Positions 11,378 to 22,083 of a DNA stretch of 64,000 nt are shown one piece after another (position 1 is the first letter of the stretch; the number at the start of each line of letters is the position of its first letter). The translations under genes and the position numbers were made by a program. Origin of the DNA: an uncultured Gemmatimonadales bacterium (GTDB lineage Bacteria > Gemmatimonadota > Gemmatimonadetes > Gemmatimonadales > GWC2-71-9); assembly GCA_963748815.1 (NCBI GenBank), contig CAVVKJ010000005.1, forward strand, positions 32,001-96,000, in the 5' to 3' direction. The notes below the pieces were generated by a model. It was not told the DNA's origin. It made no database searches and was given only the letters and a program-made list of their open reading frames with translations.

Positions 11378-12426
11378 CCTCCGTGCGCTGGGCACCTCGT
11401 TCCTGGCGCTCGCCGTCGGGCTGCTGTTCCTCGCCATCGGCTTGCAACTCGCGGGGTACGATGCAGGTGCCGCACTCGCGGCGCTGTGGAATGGCGCCTT
11501 CGGTTCGTGGCGCGCCTTCACGGGGGCCACCCTGCTCCGCGCGGTGCCGCTGATCCTGATCGGGCTGGGGTTTGCGCTGGCGCTGCGCGGTGGCGCACTC
11601 AACATCGGGGCGGAGGGGCAGTTCTACGCCGGCGCCATCGCGGCAACGTGGGTCGGAGTGCAGGCCGCGGCGTGGCCGGCATGGCTCGCGCTGCCGACGG
11701 TAGCGCTCGCGGGCATTGCCGGTGGGGCGCTGTGGATGCTCCTGCCGGTGGTTCTCAAACTCCGGTTCGGGGTGCTCGAGGTGATCAGCACCCTGCTGCT
11801 GAATTTTGTGGCCGAGGCGCTGGTCAGCTGGATGGTGCAGGGACCCATGCAGGAGCCGTCGGGAACCTATCCGCAGAGCGCGCCGATCGCGGAGGCGGCT
11901 CGGCTGCCGATGTTGCCCGGCACTCGGCTCCATGCCGGGTTCGCCGTGGCACTGGCGATGGCGGCGCTGCTTGGCTGGGTCTTTGCGCGCACCTGGTGGG
12001 GCTTCCGTTTGCGCGCGCTGGGGGAGGGGCCGCAGGGCCGCGGCGGTGAGTGGACGGGTTCGCGCTGGGGGAATGATCGCCGTTGCGCTCTTCGCCTCGG
12101 GTGGGCTGGCCGGGCTGTCGGGGGCCTTCGAGGTGAGCGGCGTGTCGTACGCGCTCTACCAGAACCTTTCGCCCGGCTATGGATTCACGGCCATCGGCGT
12201 GGCGCTGCTGGCGCGACTGCGACCGTCCGCCATTGTGTTGACCGGTATCGTCTTCGCGGCGCTCGAGGCGGGGGCGGGAGCGATGCAGCGGGATGCAGGA
12301 ATCCCGGCGGTGGCGGTGTATGTCGTGGAGGGGGTGATCATCCTGGTGTTGCTGCTGGGAGAGGCAGTGGCGCGGCGCGGTGCCAGCCCCCAGGTCGCCA
12401 CGCGGTTGACGGACGGTGCAGCATGA
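11367..12426 (+). CDS. Nucleoside ABC permease 1; +1 frameshift near 12035
   Basis: LNIGAEGQ and EVISTLLLN, then in the next frame SGGLAGLSG..GYGFTAIGVALLA. Confidence 0.85.
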
Positions 12427-13343
12427 TGGCCCCGATGGCGGTGGCGACGGACGTACTGGCGGCGGCGGTGGGCATTGCCACGCCGCTGGCGCTGGCGGCT
12501 ACCGGAGAGACGATCGCTGAGCGATCGGGCGTGGTCAACCTCGGCGTCGAGGGGGCCATGCTGTTCGGGGCGCTTGGCGGCGCCATCGGCGCCACGGTCG
12601 CCGGCCCGGTGGCGGGACTCGGGGTCGGCATCCTGGCCGGGCTGCTGGTGGCCGCGCTCTTCGCCGCAGTGGCGATCGGCGCCGGCGCCGACCAGATCAT
12701 CACCGGGACGGCGGTGACGCTGGCGAGCGTGGGGCTGACGGGGACGATCTACCGGCAATTCTACGGGCCGGCCGGGGTCGGACTGTCACTTCCGACCTTG
12801 TCACCCATTCCATTGCCGGTCCTGGCGGACACCCCGATCGTCGGGTCCGCGCTCTTTACCCATCCCGTCACCACCTACCTGGCCGTGGGTCTCATTCCGC
12901 TCAGCTGGGCGCTGCTCTTTCGCACGCGATTTGGCCTTCGACTTCGCGCGGTGGGAGAGGATCCGGCGGCGGCCCGGGCCGCTGGGGTGCCGGTCCGCGC
13001 GACGCGCGCGATCGCGGTGCTGATCGGCGGCGCGTGTGCGGGGCTGGCCGGTGCCACGCTGGTGCTGGCGCAGGTCGGCACCTTTGCGGAGCGGATGACG
13101 GCGGGGCGCGGGTTCATCGCGATTGCGATCGTGGTGCTGGGGCGGTGGAACCCGGTGGGGGCGGGGCTGGCGGCGCTGCTCTTCGGACTGGCGACGGCGC
13201 TGCAGTTTGCGCTGCAGGCCGCCGGGCTCGATGTGCCGTACCAATTCTTCCTGATGTTCCCCTACCTGCTGACGCTGCTTGCGCTGGCCGGCGCCGTCGG
13301 GCGGGTGAAAGCGCCGGGCGGGCTGGGGAGGAATGAAAGCTAA
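12423..13343 (+). CDS. Nucleoside ABC permease 2
   Basis: GETIAERSGVVNLGVEG, LRAVGEDP, GRGFIAIA, PYLLTL. Confidence 0.9.
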   Translation: MMAPMAVATDVLAAAVGIATPLALAATGETIAERSGVVNLGVEGAMLFGALGGAIGATVAGPVAGLGVGILAGLLVAALFAAVAIGAGADQIITGTAVTLASVGLTGTIYRQFYGPAGVGLSLPTLSPIPLPVLADTPIVGSALFTHPVTTYLAVGLIPLSWALLFRTRFGLRLRAVGEDPAAARAAGVPVRATRAIAVLIGGACAGLAGATLVLAQVGTFAERMTAGRGFIAIAIVVLGRWNPVGAGLAALLFGLATALQFALQAAGLDVPYQFFLMFPYLLTLLALAGAVGRVKAPGGLGRNES

Positions 13344-13344
13344 G

Positions 13345-13482
13345 GAAAGAGAGAAAGCGGACTTGAGGACTGAGAGGGGCCAAAAAGCGCAAGGAGAAAT
13401 GAGGAGCGGCGGTGGCTAAGCCCGCGCTCCCTCCTTCGTCCTTCCGCCCCTCCAAGTCCCAAGTCCCCTTTCTCCTTCCCCC
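13345..13482. terminator. Long imperfect hairpin between convergent genes
   Basis: GGACTTGAGGACT..GAGGGGC pairs with GCCCCTC..AGTCCCAAGTCC; inner GGAGCG/CGCTCC. Confidence 0.5.
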
Positions 13483-13489
13483 TTCGTAG

Positions 13490-14125
13490 TCAGTCTCCCG
13501 GATTCTGAATCTTGTAGACCGCCGCCGCTGCCCAGCCACCCAGGAGGGGGGCAACGAGGTAGATCCACGCCTGCCCGAAGGAGCCGCCGGCAAAGATCAT
13601 GTCGGTGATCGTCGGGCCGAGGCCGACGGCCGGGTTAAAGGCGCCGCCGGAAATCGGGCCCGCCGCAAAGGCGCCGACGACCACCGTGAAGCCGATGGCC
13701 AGGCCGTAGAAGGAGTTGCCCTTCGTGGCCGTGGCCGTCGCGGTGTTGAGGACGACGAGCGCCAGCGCGAAGGTGAAGAGGAACTCAAGCACCAGCGAGT
13801 GGATCAGGGCATGTTCGGCCGACGGGGTCACGACCAGCGGAGTGCCCATGACGAGCAGGACGCCATGCGAGGCGGCGATGGCCCCGAGCAGCTGCGCACC
13901 CCAGTAGGGGAGGAGATCCTTCCGGTCCAACTTCCCGCGGAGAAAGGCCGCCAGCGACACGGCCGGATTGTAATGCCCACCCGAAACGTGGCCACCCATG
14001 TACACCATGATCATCAGCGAACAACCGATGGCCAGTGGCGCGAAGGGGTTGCCGCTGAGGACGGTGAGGCCGACGGTCAGCACCAGGAAGAAGGTGCCGA
14101 TGAACTCGGTGAGCAGTTTGGACAT
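13490..14125 (-). CDS. MIP family aquaporin
   Basis: Two NPA motifs (SGGHYNPAV, GGAFNPAV) and EFIGTF. Start ATG 14125. Confidence 0.95.
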   Translation of the reverse strand: MSKLLTEFIGTFFLVLTVGLTVLSGNPFAPLAIGCSLMIMVYMGGHVSGGHYNPAVSLAAFLRGKLDRKDLLPYWGAQLLGAIAASHGVLLVMGTPLVVTPSAEHALIHSLVLEFLFTFALALVVLNTATATATKGNSFYGLAIGFTVVVGAFAAGPISGGAFNPAVGLGPTITDMIFAGGSFGQAWIYLVAPLLGGWAAAAVYKIQNPGD

Positions 14126-14238
14126 GTGACTCTCCGTAGGGGGAAATCTGCGGTGCGGTGAAGCGCCTATATTGCCCCTCACGAGGAGGTTTCGCCAGAG
14201 GCCTCCGTCCAATTTCGCCCCCGTCCGAGGAGACACCC

Positions 14239-14778
14239 GTGGCCAGTCCATCTCCCTCCCGCCCGCCCGACTCGGAGTACAACTCCTATTATCAGCCGTA
14301 CGTGAAGGAAGTGCCGGAGGGAGACCTGCTGGACACGCTCAAAGCCCAGCGAGATTCCACATCTGCCGTGTTGGCAGGACTATCAGACAAACAGGCCGAT
14401 TTCCGGTATGCAGCCGGGAAATGGAGTATTCGGGAGGTGATTGGGCATGTGTCCGATGCCGAGCGGGTCTTCTCGTACCGGGCGCTGAGGATTGCGCGGG
14501 GCGACACTGTTGATCTTCCCGGGTTCGACGAGAACGCCTGGATGCCGATGGCGGGCTTTGACCGGCGGACGCTGGCCGAGGTTGCGGCGGAGTTCCGGGC
14601 AGTCCGCGAGGCGTCGCTGGCTCTCTTTGGCTCATTCGGCCCCGAGGCATGGCTCCGGATCGGTTCCGCCAGCGGGCATCCGGTCTCGGCACGGGCGCTG
14701 GGATGGATCCTGGCGGGCCACGAGTGCCACCACCTCCGCGTCCTGGAAGAGCGGTATTTCCCCAGTCTCAATTCCTGA
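14239..14778 (+). CDS. DinB family protein
   Basis: YAAGKWSIREVIGH..ERVFSYR, LPGFDEN, AGHECHH. GTG start after GAGGAG. Confidence 0.88.
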   Translation: MASPSPSRPPDSEYNSYYQPYVKEVPEGDLLDTLKAQRDSTSAVLAGLSDKQADFRYAAGKWSIREVIGHVSDAERVFSYRALRIARGDTVDLPGFDENAWMPMAGFDRRTLAEVAAEFRAVREASLALFGSFGPEAWLRIGSASGHPVSARALGWILAGHECHHLRVLEERYFPSLNS

Positions 14779-14911
14779 CTGGGCAAGGGATTCTCCCACC
14801 GGCTTCATCGCTCCTTCACTGCCCAATCGCCATGCTTCACGTCCACCTCCGCCATGCGGCGGGGGTGGCACGCGGCGCGGCACGAGGCCGGCGTCCCGAG
14901 GAGGAGGAACC

Positions 14912-15181
14912 ATGGTCAGCCAGCGAACATTTACGGTGGAAGAGGCCCGGAAGGTCGGCGCCCAAATCGGTGTCAAGTGGAATGAAGTCGATGTGGAGCA
15001 GTTCCGGATGGGGCTGGAGGTGGAGCTCGAGCACGGCGTTCGAAACGTCGTCACCAACGTGACCAACGACGACCTGGTGCTCACCGGGAAGATCGCGCTT
15101 GCGCACCTGATGGAACTGCCGGACTACTACACCCGGCTGCTGCGCATGGAGGAAGAGGCGCGGGTGATGCTGGCCCGGTAG
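14912..15181 (+). CDS. DUF5661-like small protein
   Basis: QFRMGLEVELEHG..TGKIALAHLMELPDYYTRL; strong GGAGGAGG RBS. Confidence 0.8.
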   Translation: MVSQRTFTVEEARKVGAQIGVKWNEVDVEQFRMGLEVELEHGVRNVVTNVTNDDLVLTGKIALAHLMELPDYYTRLLRMEEEARVMLAR

Positions 15182-15230
15182 GGCCCGCGCCCACGTTGCG
15201 GCGTCCAGCCGTTGTGGGTAGCGTAGTCGC

Positions 15231-16136
15231 ATGAACATCGAACTGTTGGGCGTCCCGATGGACCTCGGTTCCGGGCGGCGTGGCGTGGACATGGGTCCCT
15301 CGGCGCTCCGGATCGCAGGTGTGGGCCCCGCCCTCTCGGCCCGCGGCCACCGCGTGTTCGACGGCGGCGACCTCGACATCAAGAACATGGAAGAGACCAC
15401 CTTCGGGAGCCGCCACGCGCGGTACCTCGGGGAAATTGCCCGTGCGTCAGGACTCCTGGCCAAGGCGGTGGAGCGGATACTCGACCGCAAGCGGTTCCCC
15501 CTGGTGCTGGGCGGAGACCACTCGATCGCGGTCGGCACGATTTCCGGCGTCGCGTCGTTCGCCCGCAAGAAGCGGAAGCAGCTCGGCCTCCTCTGGATCG
15601 ATGCCCACAGCGACATCCATGTGCCGAAGACCTCTCCCTCCGGCAACATTCACGGGATGCCGCTGGCCGCACTCTTCGGGCTCGGGCCCAAGGAACTCTC
15701 CGCCGTGGGCGGTGCGTGGCCGAAGATCGACGCGGAGCACACGGCGCTGGTCGGCATCCGGAGCCTCGAGGACGGAGAACGCCGCCACCTCGCCGAACTC
15801 GGGATCCGGGTCTACACCATGTCGGAAATCGACCGCGACGGCATCCACGCGGTCATGAGCGACGCGCTGGCCCGGGTCACTGACGGGACCGAGCTGCTGC
15901 ACGTGAGTTTCGACCTCGACGCCGTCGATCCGACCCTGGCGCCGGGCGTCGGCACGCCGGTCAAGGGCGGACTCGACTACCGGGAGGCGCATACCATCAT
16001 GGAACTGATCTCGGCGTCGAAACGGATGACCTCGCTCGAAGTCGTGGAGGTGAACCCGATCCTCGACGAGCGCAACCGCTCGGCGGTGCTCGCCGTGGAA
16101 CTGCTGGAATCAGCGTTCGGAAAGCGGATTCTCTAG
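15231..16136 (+). CDS. rocF: Arginase
   Basis: RRGVDMGP, GGDHS, DAHSD, SGNIHGMP, SFDLDAVDP, VEVNP. Confidence 0.95.
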   Translation: MNIELLGVPMDLGSGRRGVDMGPSALRIAGVGPALSARGHRVFDGGDLDIKNMEETTFGSRHARYLGEIARASGLLAKAVERILDRKRFPLVLGGDHSIAVGTISGVASFARKKRKQLGLLWIDAHSDIHVPKTSPSGNIHGMPLAALFGLGPKELSAVGGAWPKIDAEHTALVGIRSLEDGERRHLAELGIRVYTMSEIDRDGIHAVMSDALARVTDGTELLHVSFDLDAVDPTLAPGVGTPVKGGLDYREAHTIMELISASKRMTSLEVVEVNPILDERNRSAVLAVELLESAFGKRIL

Positions 16137-16139
16137 CTC

Positions 16140-18242
16140 ATGCGTGCCCGGCTGATGGGCCTCGTCGGGCTGGTGCTTCTCGGTCTCAGCGCCATCCTCA
16201 TCGACGTCAGCCACGGGCTGTTCAGCGCCGACGATTTTTCACGCCGGGTTGCGGCGAGCCTCGGGGACGAGGGCGTGTCGGGCTACGTGGCCGACAAGAT
16301 CACCGATGTGCTGATCGAGCGGCGACCCAACCTGACCGCCGTGCGTCCGCTCCTCGTCGGCGCCGCCGACGGGCTGGTCGGGAGCGTTCCGTTCCGGGCC
16401 GTCGCGCGGACCGCGCTCAAGTCCGCCCACGAGGCCTTCTTCTCCCAGACCGGCGAAGATGTCCTGCTGTCGGTGCCCGATGTCGGGGTCCTGGTGCAGA
16501 GCGCCCTCGGCGGGATGAATCCGGAGCTCGCGGCCAAGATCCCGAAAAACCTCGAGACGGTCCTTGCCAAGCTGCCGCAGAGCCGGCTCGGCACGACCCT
16601 GGTCACTGCCCGGCGCGTCCTCACGCAGGTGGCCTGGTTTCAGCGGGGCCTCTTTCTGCTCGGCATCGGACTGCTGATCGGCGGGATCCTCCTCGACGCC
16701 GACCGTCGCCGAGGGCTCGCACGGGCAGGCGTGGGGCTCGTGGTCGTGGCGCTCCTGCTGGCGCTCGTGATTCCGGCGGGTCGACTGGTGGCGCTCGCCG
16801 TCACACAGGACGATGCCGCGCGCGCGGCGCTCTTCGGAGTGTGGCGGGCGTACTTCCTGCCGCTCCTGGGATTTGTGTACTCCTTTGCGGGCACCGGCGT
16901 GATTCTGGCCTCCGCCGCCAATTCCCTCCACGAGAAGACCGATCCATTTGAGGGACTGCGGCGCCTGGCCCGCCTCGCGGCCGAACCGCCCGCCGGCCGC
17001 GGCAGCCGCCTGCTCTGGATTCTGGGTACCGCCGTCGCCGGCACGGTCGTACTGACCTGGCCGTCGAGCATCGTCGCCATCGCCGCCGTCATCGGCGGAC
17101 TGCTGCTGATCTTCGCCGCGCTGCGTGAGCTGTTCCGGCTGGTCCTGGAGAACGTGCCCGAACGTTCCGGCCCCTCAGCCGTGGCGACCGGGCGGCGGTG
17201 GCCGCTCCGGGCGCTGGTCGGAGCGGGGCTCGGCGCCGGGCTGATCGCGCTGCTCCTCTTCCTCCGCCGTCCGGACGCCGCCCCTGTTGTGAGCACCGAG
17301 GTCGTGGCCTGCAACGGCGCGCCGGAGCTCTGCGACCGCCGGATCGACCAGGTCTCGTTCCCGGCCACCCACAACGCGATGTCGAACGCCGAAATACCGG
17401 GGTGGCTGTTCCCGCACCATTCGGTCGACTTCACGGGACAGCTGCAATACGGCATCCGGGCCCTGTTGATCGACATCCATTACGGCTTCCCCGGTGCCGA
17501 GCGGATCAAGACGGACCTTGAGGGAGAAGGCGCCACTCGCGAGAAGCTGGTCGGCGCGGTGGGCGAGGAGGGGTTCGAGGCGGCCCAGCGGATCCGGGAC
17601 CGTATGGTCGGCGTCGACGAGGGACGTCGGGGCCTCTACTTCTGCCACGGCTTCTGCGAACTCGGGGCCTATCCCGTGGCGCCGGCGCTCAAGCAGATCC
17701 GGGACTGGCTGCTGGTGAACCCGGACGAGGTGCTCCTGATCGTCATCGAAGATTACGTGACGCCGGAGGAGATTGCCGCGGCCTTCGAGGAGAGCGGACT
17801 GCTCGAGTTCGTCTACACCGGACCGATCACGCCCTGGCCCACCCTGCGCTCGATGATCCTGTCAAACGGGCGGGTGCTGGTGTTCACCGAATCCGGCAAG
17901 CCGGGCGTGGACTGGCTGCACCCCGCGTTCGAGAGTTTTCAGGAAACACCGTACACCTTTCACAGTCCCGCAGAGTTCTCCTGCACGCCGAACCGCGGGG
18001 GCGCCTCCGGGACGCTGTTCCAGGTCAATCACTGGATCGAGACGACGCCGGCCCCGCGGCCGAGCAACGCGGCGATCGTGAACACGTATGACGTGCTCCT
18101 CAAGCGGGCGAAGCAGTGCCAACGAGAGCGCGGACTGCGGCCGACCTACGTTGCGGTCGATTTCGGCGACATCGGGGAGATCGTGAATGTGACGAGGACG
18201 CTCAACGGCCTCGATACACTGGATACAACGACCGGGAACTGA
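16140..18242 (+). CDS. Multi-TM membrane protein with C-terminal PI-PLC-like phosphodiesterase domain
   Basis: Several hydrophobic segments followed by CNG..LCDRR, ATHNAMS, QLQYGIRALLIDIH, CHGFC, IEDYV, VNHW, AVDF. Confidence 0.7.
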   Translation: MRARLMGLVGLVLLGLSAILIDVSHGLFSADDFSRRVAASLGDEGVSGYVADKITDVLIERRPNLTAVRPLLVGAADGLVGSVPFRAVARTALKSAHEAFFSQTGEDVLLSVPDVGVLVQSALGGMNPELAAKIPKNLETVLAKLPQSRLGTTLVTARRVLTQVAWFQRGLFLLGIGLLIGGILLDADRRRGLARAGVGLVVVALLLALVIPAGRLVALAVTQDDAARAALFGVWRAYFLPLLGFVYSFAGTGVILASAANSLHEKTDPFEGLRRLARLAAEPPAGRGSRLLWILGTAVAGTVVLTWPSSIVAIAAVIGGLLLIFAALRELFRLVLENVPERSGPSAVATGRRWPLRALVGAGLGAGLIALLLFLRRPDAAPVVSTEVVACNGAPELCDRRIDQVSFPATHNAMSNAEIPGWLFPHHSVDFTGQLQYGIRALLIDIHYGFPGAERIKTDLEGEGATREKLVGAVGEEGFEAAQRIRDRMVGVDEGRRGLYFCHGFCELGAYPVAPALKQIRDWLLVNPDEVLLIVIEDYVTPEEIAAAFEESGLLEFVYTGPITPWPTLRSMILSNGRVLVFTESGKPGVDWLHPAFESFQETPYTFHSPAEFSCTPNRGGASGTLFQVNHWIETTPAPRPSNAAIVNTYDVLLKRAKQCQRERGLRPTYVAVDFGDIGEIVNVTRTLNGLDTLDTTTGN

Positions 18243-18281
18243 GGACTGAGGACTGGGGACTGCTGGCCGAGAAAGGCACTC

Positions 18282-19958
18282 ATGTCGGACGCATTGGATT
18301 TCGTCATCATAGGCTCCGGTTTCGGCGGCAGCGTCTCCGCGCTGCGGTTGACCGAGAAGGGGTATCGGGTCCGGGTGCTCGAGCGCGGGAAGCGGTTCCG
18401 CGACGAGGACTTCGCGCGCACCAACTGGAACGTGCGCAAGGCGCTCTGGGCCCCTGCCCTCCGCTGCTTCGGCATCCTCCAGATCAGCCCCTTCCGTGAC
18501 ATCTTCGTCCTTCACGGGGCCGGGGTCGGCGGCGGCAGCCTCGGGTACGCCAACGTCCTGATGGCCCCCGGCGACGAGATGTTCTCCGCCGAGGCATGGA
18601 GCCACCTGGCCGACTGGAAGTCCCTCCTCGACCCGCACTATGACACCGCGCGCCGCATGCTTGGCGTCACCGTCAATCCCCGGGTCTGGCCCGCCGACCT
18701 GCTCCTGCAGGACATCGCGGAAGAGCTGGGGACCGCCGACACCTGGCAGTCGACCCCGGTCGGCACCTTCTTCGGGGTGCCGGACGACGAGGGCGAGGAA
18801 GTGCCCGACCCCTACTTCGGCGGGGAGGGTCCCCCACGCGCCGGCTGCATTCACTGCGGCGGATGCATGGTCGGGTGCCGCTACAACGCGAAGAACACCC
18901 TCGTCAAGAACTACCTGTACCTGGCGGAAAAGTGGGGCGCCGAGGTGGAGGCGGAAGTCGAGGTGCGGGACATCGTTCCGCTGCCGGCGGGGCAACCCGA
19001 CGGGGCGCGGTATGAAGTGGTGTACCGCTCGTCGTCGGCCCTGTTGTTCAGGGCCGAGCGGCGGATCCGCACCCGCAACGTCATCGCCGCCGCGGGCGCG
19101 CTCGGCACGATGCGCCTCCTGTTCCGCTGCCGGGACGTGACTGGCTCCCTGCCCCGTCTCTCCCCGCGGCTCGGCGACATGGTCCGCACCAACAACGAGT
19201 CGCTGCTTGGTGTCATCGCCCGCGACGACAGGGCGGACTATTCGCAGGGAATCGCCATCACCTCCATCGTCCACGCCGACGCCAGGACGACCATCGAGCC
19301 GGTGCGCTATTCCCCCGGCTCGTCGATGATGCGTCTCCTGACCGGACCGATCATCGAGTCGGGAGGATTCCTCAGCCGGCTGGCCCAGTCCGTGTGGCAG
19401 GTCGTCGCCCGGCCGGTTGATTTTGCCCGCACCCACTTTCTCCCCCGATGGGCGCAACGGACCACGATTATCCTGGCGATGCAAACAGAGGACACGCGGC
19501 TGCGCTTTCGGTTCGGGCGGAGTCTCTTCACCTTGTTCCGGCGGGGGCTGGTGTCCCATCCCGATCCGGAGAGCGGGCATCCTTCTGCCATCGCCATCAG
19601 CCGGAAGGTGACCCGACGGTTCGCGGAGAAAACCGGCGGGATCGCCGCCGGATCGATCAACGAGGGGTTGCTCGGCATCCCGATGACGGCGCACATCCTC
19701 GGCGGGTGCCCCTTCGGGAAGGATGCGGCCGAGGGTGTCGTGGGCCTCGACGCGCAGATCCACAACTATCCCGGCCTCTACGCCATCGACGGGTCCATCG
19801 TGCCCGCCAATCCCGGGGTGAACCCCAGCCTGACGATCACCGCCCTGGCGGAGTACGCCATGAGCCGGATGCCTGCGAAGCCGGGGGCATCGGTCCGCGC
19901 GCCGATCGGCGTGGGAGCGATCGATGCCATGGAGGCACGCAGCGCTGTTGGCGCCTGA
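18282..19958 (+). CDS. GMC oxidoreductase, cholesterol oxidase (ChoD)-like
   Basis: GSGFGG, GVGGGSLGYAN, CIHCGGCMVGC, AKNTL, TAHILGGC, GVNPSLTITALAE. Confidence 0.88.
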   Translation: MSDALDFVIIGSGFGGSVSALRLTEKGYRVRVLERGKRFRDEDFARTNWNVRKALWAPALRCFGILQISPFRDIFVLHGAGVGGGSLGYANVLMAPGDEMFSAEAWSHLADWKSLLDPHYDTARRMLGVTVNPRVWPADLLLQDIAEELGTADTWQSTPVGTFFGVPDDEGEEVPDPYFGGEGPPRAGCIHCGGCMVGCRYNAKNTLVKNYLYLAEKWGAEVEAEVEVRDIVPLPAGQPDGARYEVVYRSSSALLFRAERRIRTRNVIAAAGALGTMRLLFRCRDVTGSLPRLSPRLGDMVRTNNESLLGVIARDDRADYSQGIAITSIVHADARTTIEPVRYSPGSSMMRLLTGPIIESGGFLSRLAQSVWQVVARPVDFARTHFLPRWAQRTTIILAMQTEDTRLRFRFGRSLFTLFRRGLVSHPDPESGHPSAIAISRKVTRRFAEKTGGIAAGSINEGLLGIPMTAHILGGCPFGKDAAEGVVGLDAQIHNYPGLYAIDGSIVPANPGVNPSLTITALAEYAMSRMPAKPGASVRAPIGVGAIDAMEARSAVGA

Positions 19959-19974
19959 AGCAAAGGAGCACGCG

Positions 19975-20460
19975 ATGACTCTCACCCTGACGTCCACCAC
20001 CTTCGTGCAGGGCGGCGATATTCCGGTACGCTGCACCTGTGAAGGGAAGGACCTCGCGCCAGGGCTCACCTGGGCGGGACTGCCGGTGGGGACGAGGAGT
20101 CTTGCCCTCATCGTCGACGATCCCGACGCCCCTGATCCGGCCGCCCCCAAGATGACGTACGTGCACTGGGTGCTCTACAATCTCCCGGTCGAGGCGGCCG
20201 GATTGCCGGAGGGCGTCACGCCGGACAGACTGCCGAGCGGCACCCGCGAAGGCCTCAACGACTGGAAGCGCACCGGGTACGGTGGCCCCTGTCCGCCGAT
20301 CGGCCGGCATCGCTATTTCCACAAGCTCTACGCGCTCGACAAGGTCCTGCCCGATCTGGGCGCGGCCACCAAGCCGGTGCTCGAAACCGCCATGGCCGGG
20401 CACATTCTCGGACAGGCGGAGCTGATGGGCACCTACATCAAGAAGGGGACGCAGCCATGA
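19975..20460 (+). CDS. YbhB/YbcL (PEBP/RKIP) family protein
   Basis: DDPDAP, VHWVLYN, YGGPCPP..HRY. Confidence 0.93.
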   Translation: MTLTLTSTTFVQGGDIPVRCTCEGKDLAPGLTWAGLPVGTRSLALIVDDPDAPDPAAPKMTYVHWVLYNLPVEAAGLPEGVTPDRLPSGTREGLNDWKRTGYGGPCPPIGRHRYFHKLYALDKVLPDLGAATKPVLETAMAGHILGQAELMGTYIKKGTQP

Positions 20461-20879
20461 CTACGGCAGCGCTGGCATTCGAGGTGAAGCTTACCGAACC
20501 GTACGCGGAGGCGATCGAGACGGTTACCGCGGCACTGAAGTCCGAAGGGTTTGGCGTCCTGACGCGCATCGACGTGCATGCGACCCTCAAAGAGAAGCTC
20601 GGGGCGGACTTTCGTCCCTATTCCATCCTTGGCGCCTGCAATCCGACGCTCGCGCACCGGGCGCTGAGTCACTACGCCGAGGCGGGGCTGCTTCTGCCCT
20701 GCAACGTGACGGTCGAGGCGGACGGATCGGGGGCGATGGTGCGAATCGCCGATCCCGACGTGATGCTGTCAGTAGGCGGCATGGACCAGGATCCGGCGCT
20801 CCGGTCGGTGGCGACCGAGGCGCGCGTCCGGCTGTCCCGCGTGGCCGAGGCGCTTCGCGCCGATCAGGCGGCCACATGA
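20457..20879 (+). CDS. DUF302 domain protein
   Basis: GFGVLTRID, ILGACNP, LLLPCNV. Confidence 0.88.
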   Translation: MTTAALAFEVKLTEPYAEAIETVTAALKSEGFGVLTRIDVHATLKEKLGADFRPYSILGACNPTLAHRALSHYAEAGLLLPCNVTVEADGSGAMVRIADPDVMLSVGGMDQDPALRSVATEARVRLSRVAEALRADQAAT

Positions 20880-21310
20880 TGAAGGACGCGCCGGACCACC
20901 TCGACGCCGACCTCATCCTGAAGCTGTACGACCTGCGGCGCGAGGCCGTGCTGCGCGAAGCGCGGTCCCAGCTGACCAACGAGTTCTGGCCAAAGAACGC
21001 GAAGGAGGCGGTGGCAGTCCTCGATCACGCCCACCCGCTGAATCGGGCGTACCGCCAGGTGTCCACCTACTGGGAGATGGTCTACCGGATGGCCCGCCAC
21101 GGCATCATCCACGGTGACTTTCTGGTCGAAAACAATGCGGAAGGCTTGTTGCTCTACGCGAGAGTGGAGCCGTACCTGAAGGAGATCCGTGCGGCAGCCA
21201 ACCCGGCGTCCTTCCAGAACGCGGAGTGGGTGGCCTGCGAGGTGCCGGCGGGGCGGGCGGTCGCCGAGCGGATGCGCGCCCGGGTCAAGAAGGAGATGGG
21301 CGGGAAATAG
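20876..21310 (+). CDS. Hypothetical protein (DUF4760-like)
   Basis: DADLILKLYDLRREAVLREAR..YWEM; translationally coupled to the upstream gene. Confidence 0.65.
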   Translation: MMKDAPDHLDADLILKLYDLRREAVLREARSQLTNEFWPKNAKEAVAVLDHAHPLNRAYRQVSTYWEMVYRMARHGIIHGDFLVENNAEGLLLYARVEPYLKEIRAAANPASFQNAEWVACEVPAGRAVAERMRARVKKEMGGK

Positions 21311-21313
21311 CGC

Positions 21314-22063
21314 TCAGGCCAGCCGCGCCCGAAGGGCATCGCGCGCCGTCTCGATCGTGGCGCGGACGCGCGCCTTGAGCTCGGGCAGGTCATCGAGGGT
21401 CAGGCCGGCGGTGTCGATCGGGGGGAGCACCTCGACGACGGCGCGCGCTCGGCTGAACCGCCAGTCGTGCTTCGGGAGGGCGGTGCCGGTACCCGCCACG
21501 GCGAGCGGCAGGATCGGCACGCCGGCCTCGAGGGCCAGCCGGAAGGCGCCGTCCTTGAACGGCAGCATCCGGCCATCGGGCGAGCGGGTGCCCTCGGGGA
21601 AGAAGACCACCGACACCCGGTTGCGCAGTGATTCCCGGCAGCGTTCCATCGCCTCGACCGCGCTGGGGCCGAAGCCCCGCTTGATCGGGATGTCTCCCGC
21701 CATCCGCATCATCCATCCAATCAACGGAATCTTCAGGATCTCGACCTTCGAGAGCCACTTCATCTCGAAGGGGAGATGGCTGATGAGCAGGATGTCCGCA
21801 AACGACTCGTGGTTGGCGACGATGACGTACGGGTGGCGCGGATGTTCGACCCTCACGCCGGCCCGGCGAAAGCTCCAGTAGGGATTGACAGTGGCCATGG
21901 CCACGCCGAGGCGGCGGAACCACCAGCCGACGACGTACCGACCGCGGTCAAACGGAACGGTGACAAGGAAGACCAGCACCATCGTCGGAAACCAGGCGAC
22001 GATGACGACGGCGATCCAGAACCAGGCCCACGCGGAGCCAATGGTTTGAAGGAAGCGTTGCAT
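21314..22063 (-). CDS. 1-acyl-sn-glycerol-3-phosphate acyltransferase (PlsC family)
   Basis: NHESFAD (HX4D), FPEGTRS, FKDGAF. Confidence 0.92.
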   Translation of the reverse strand: MQRFLQTIGSAWAWFWIAVVIVAWFPTMVLVFLVTVPFDRGRYVVGWWFRRLGVAMATVNPYWSFRRAGVRVEHPRHPYVIVANHESFADILLISHLPFEMKWLSKVEILKIPLIGWMMRMAGDIPIKRGFGPSAVEAMERCRESLRNRVSVVFFPEGTRSPDGRMLPFKDGAFRLALEAGVPILPLAVAGTGTALPKHDWRFSRARAVVEVLPPIDTAGLTLDDLPELKARVRATIETARDALRARLA

Positions 22064-22083
22064 GCCGGAAAATAGACCCGGAC

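Noticed and set aside
11367..13343. Fused double permease of 658 aa
   Set aside because: Artefact of the frameshift near 12035; there are two separate permeases.
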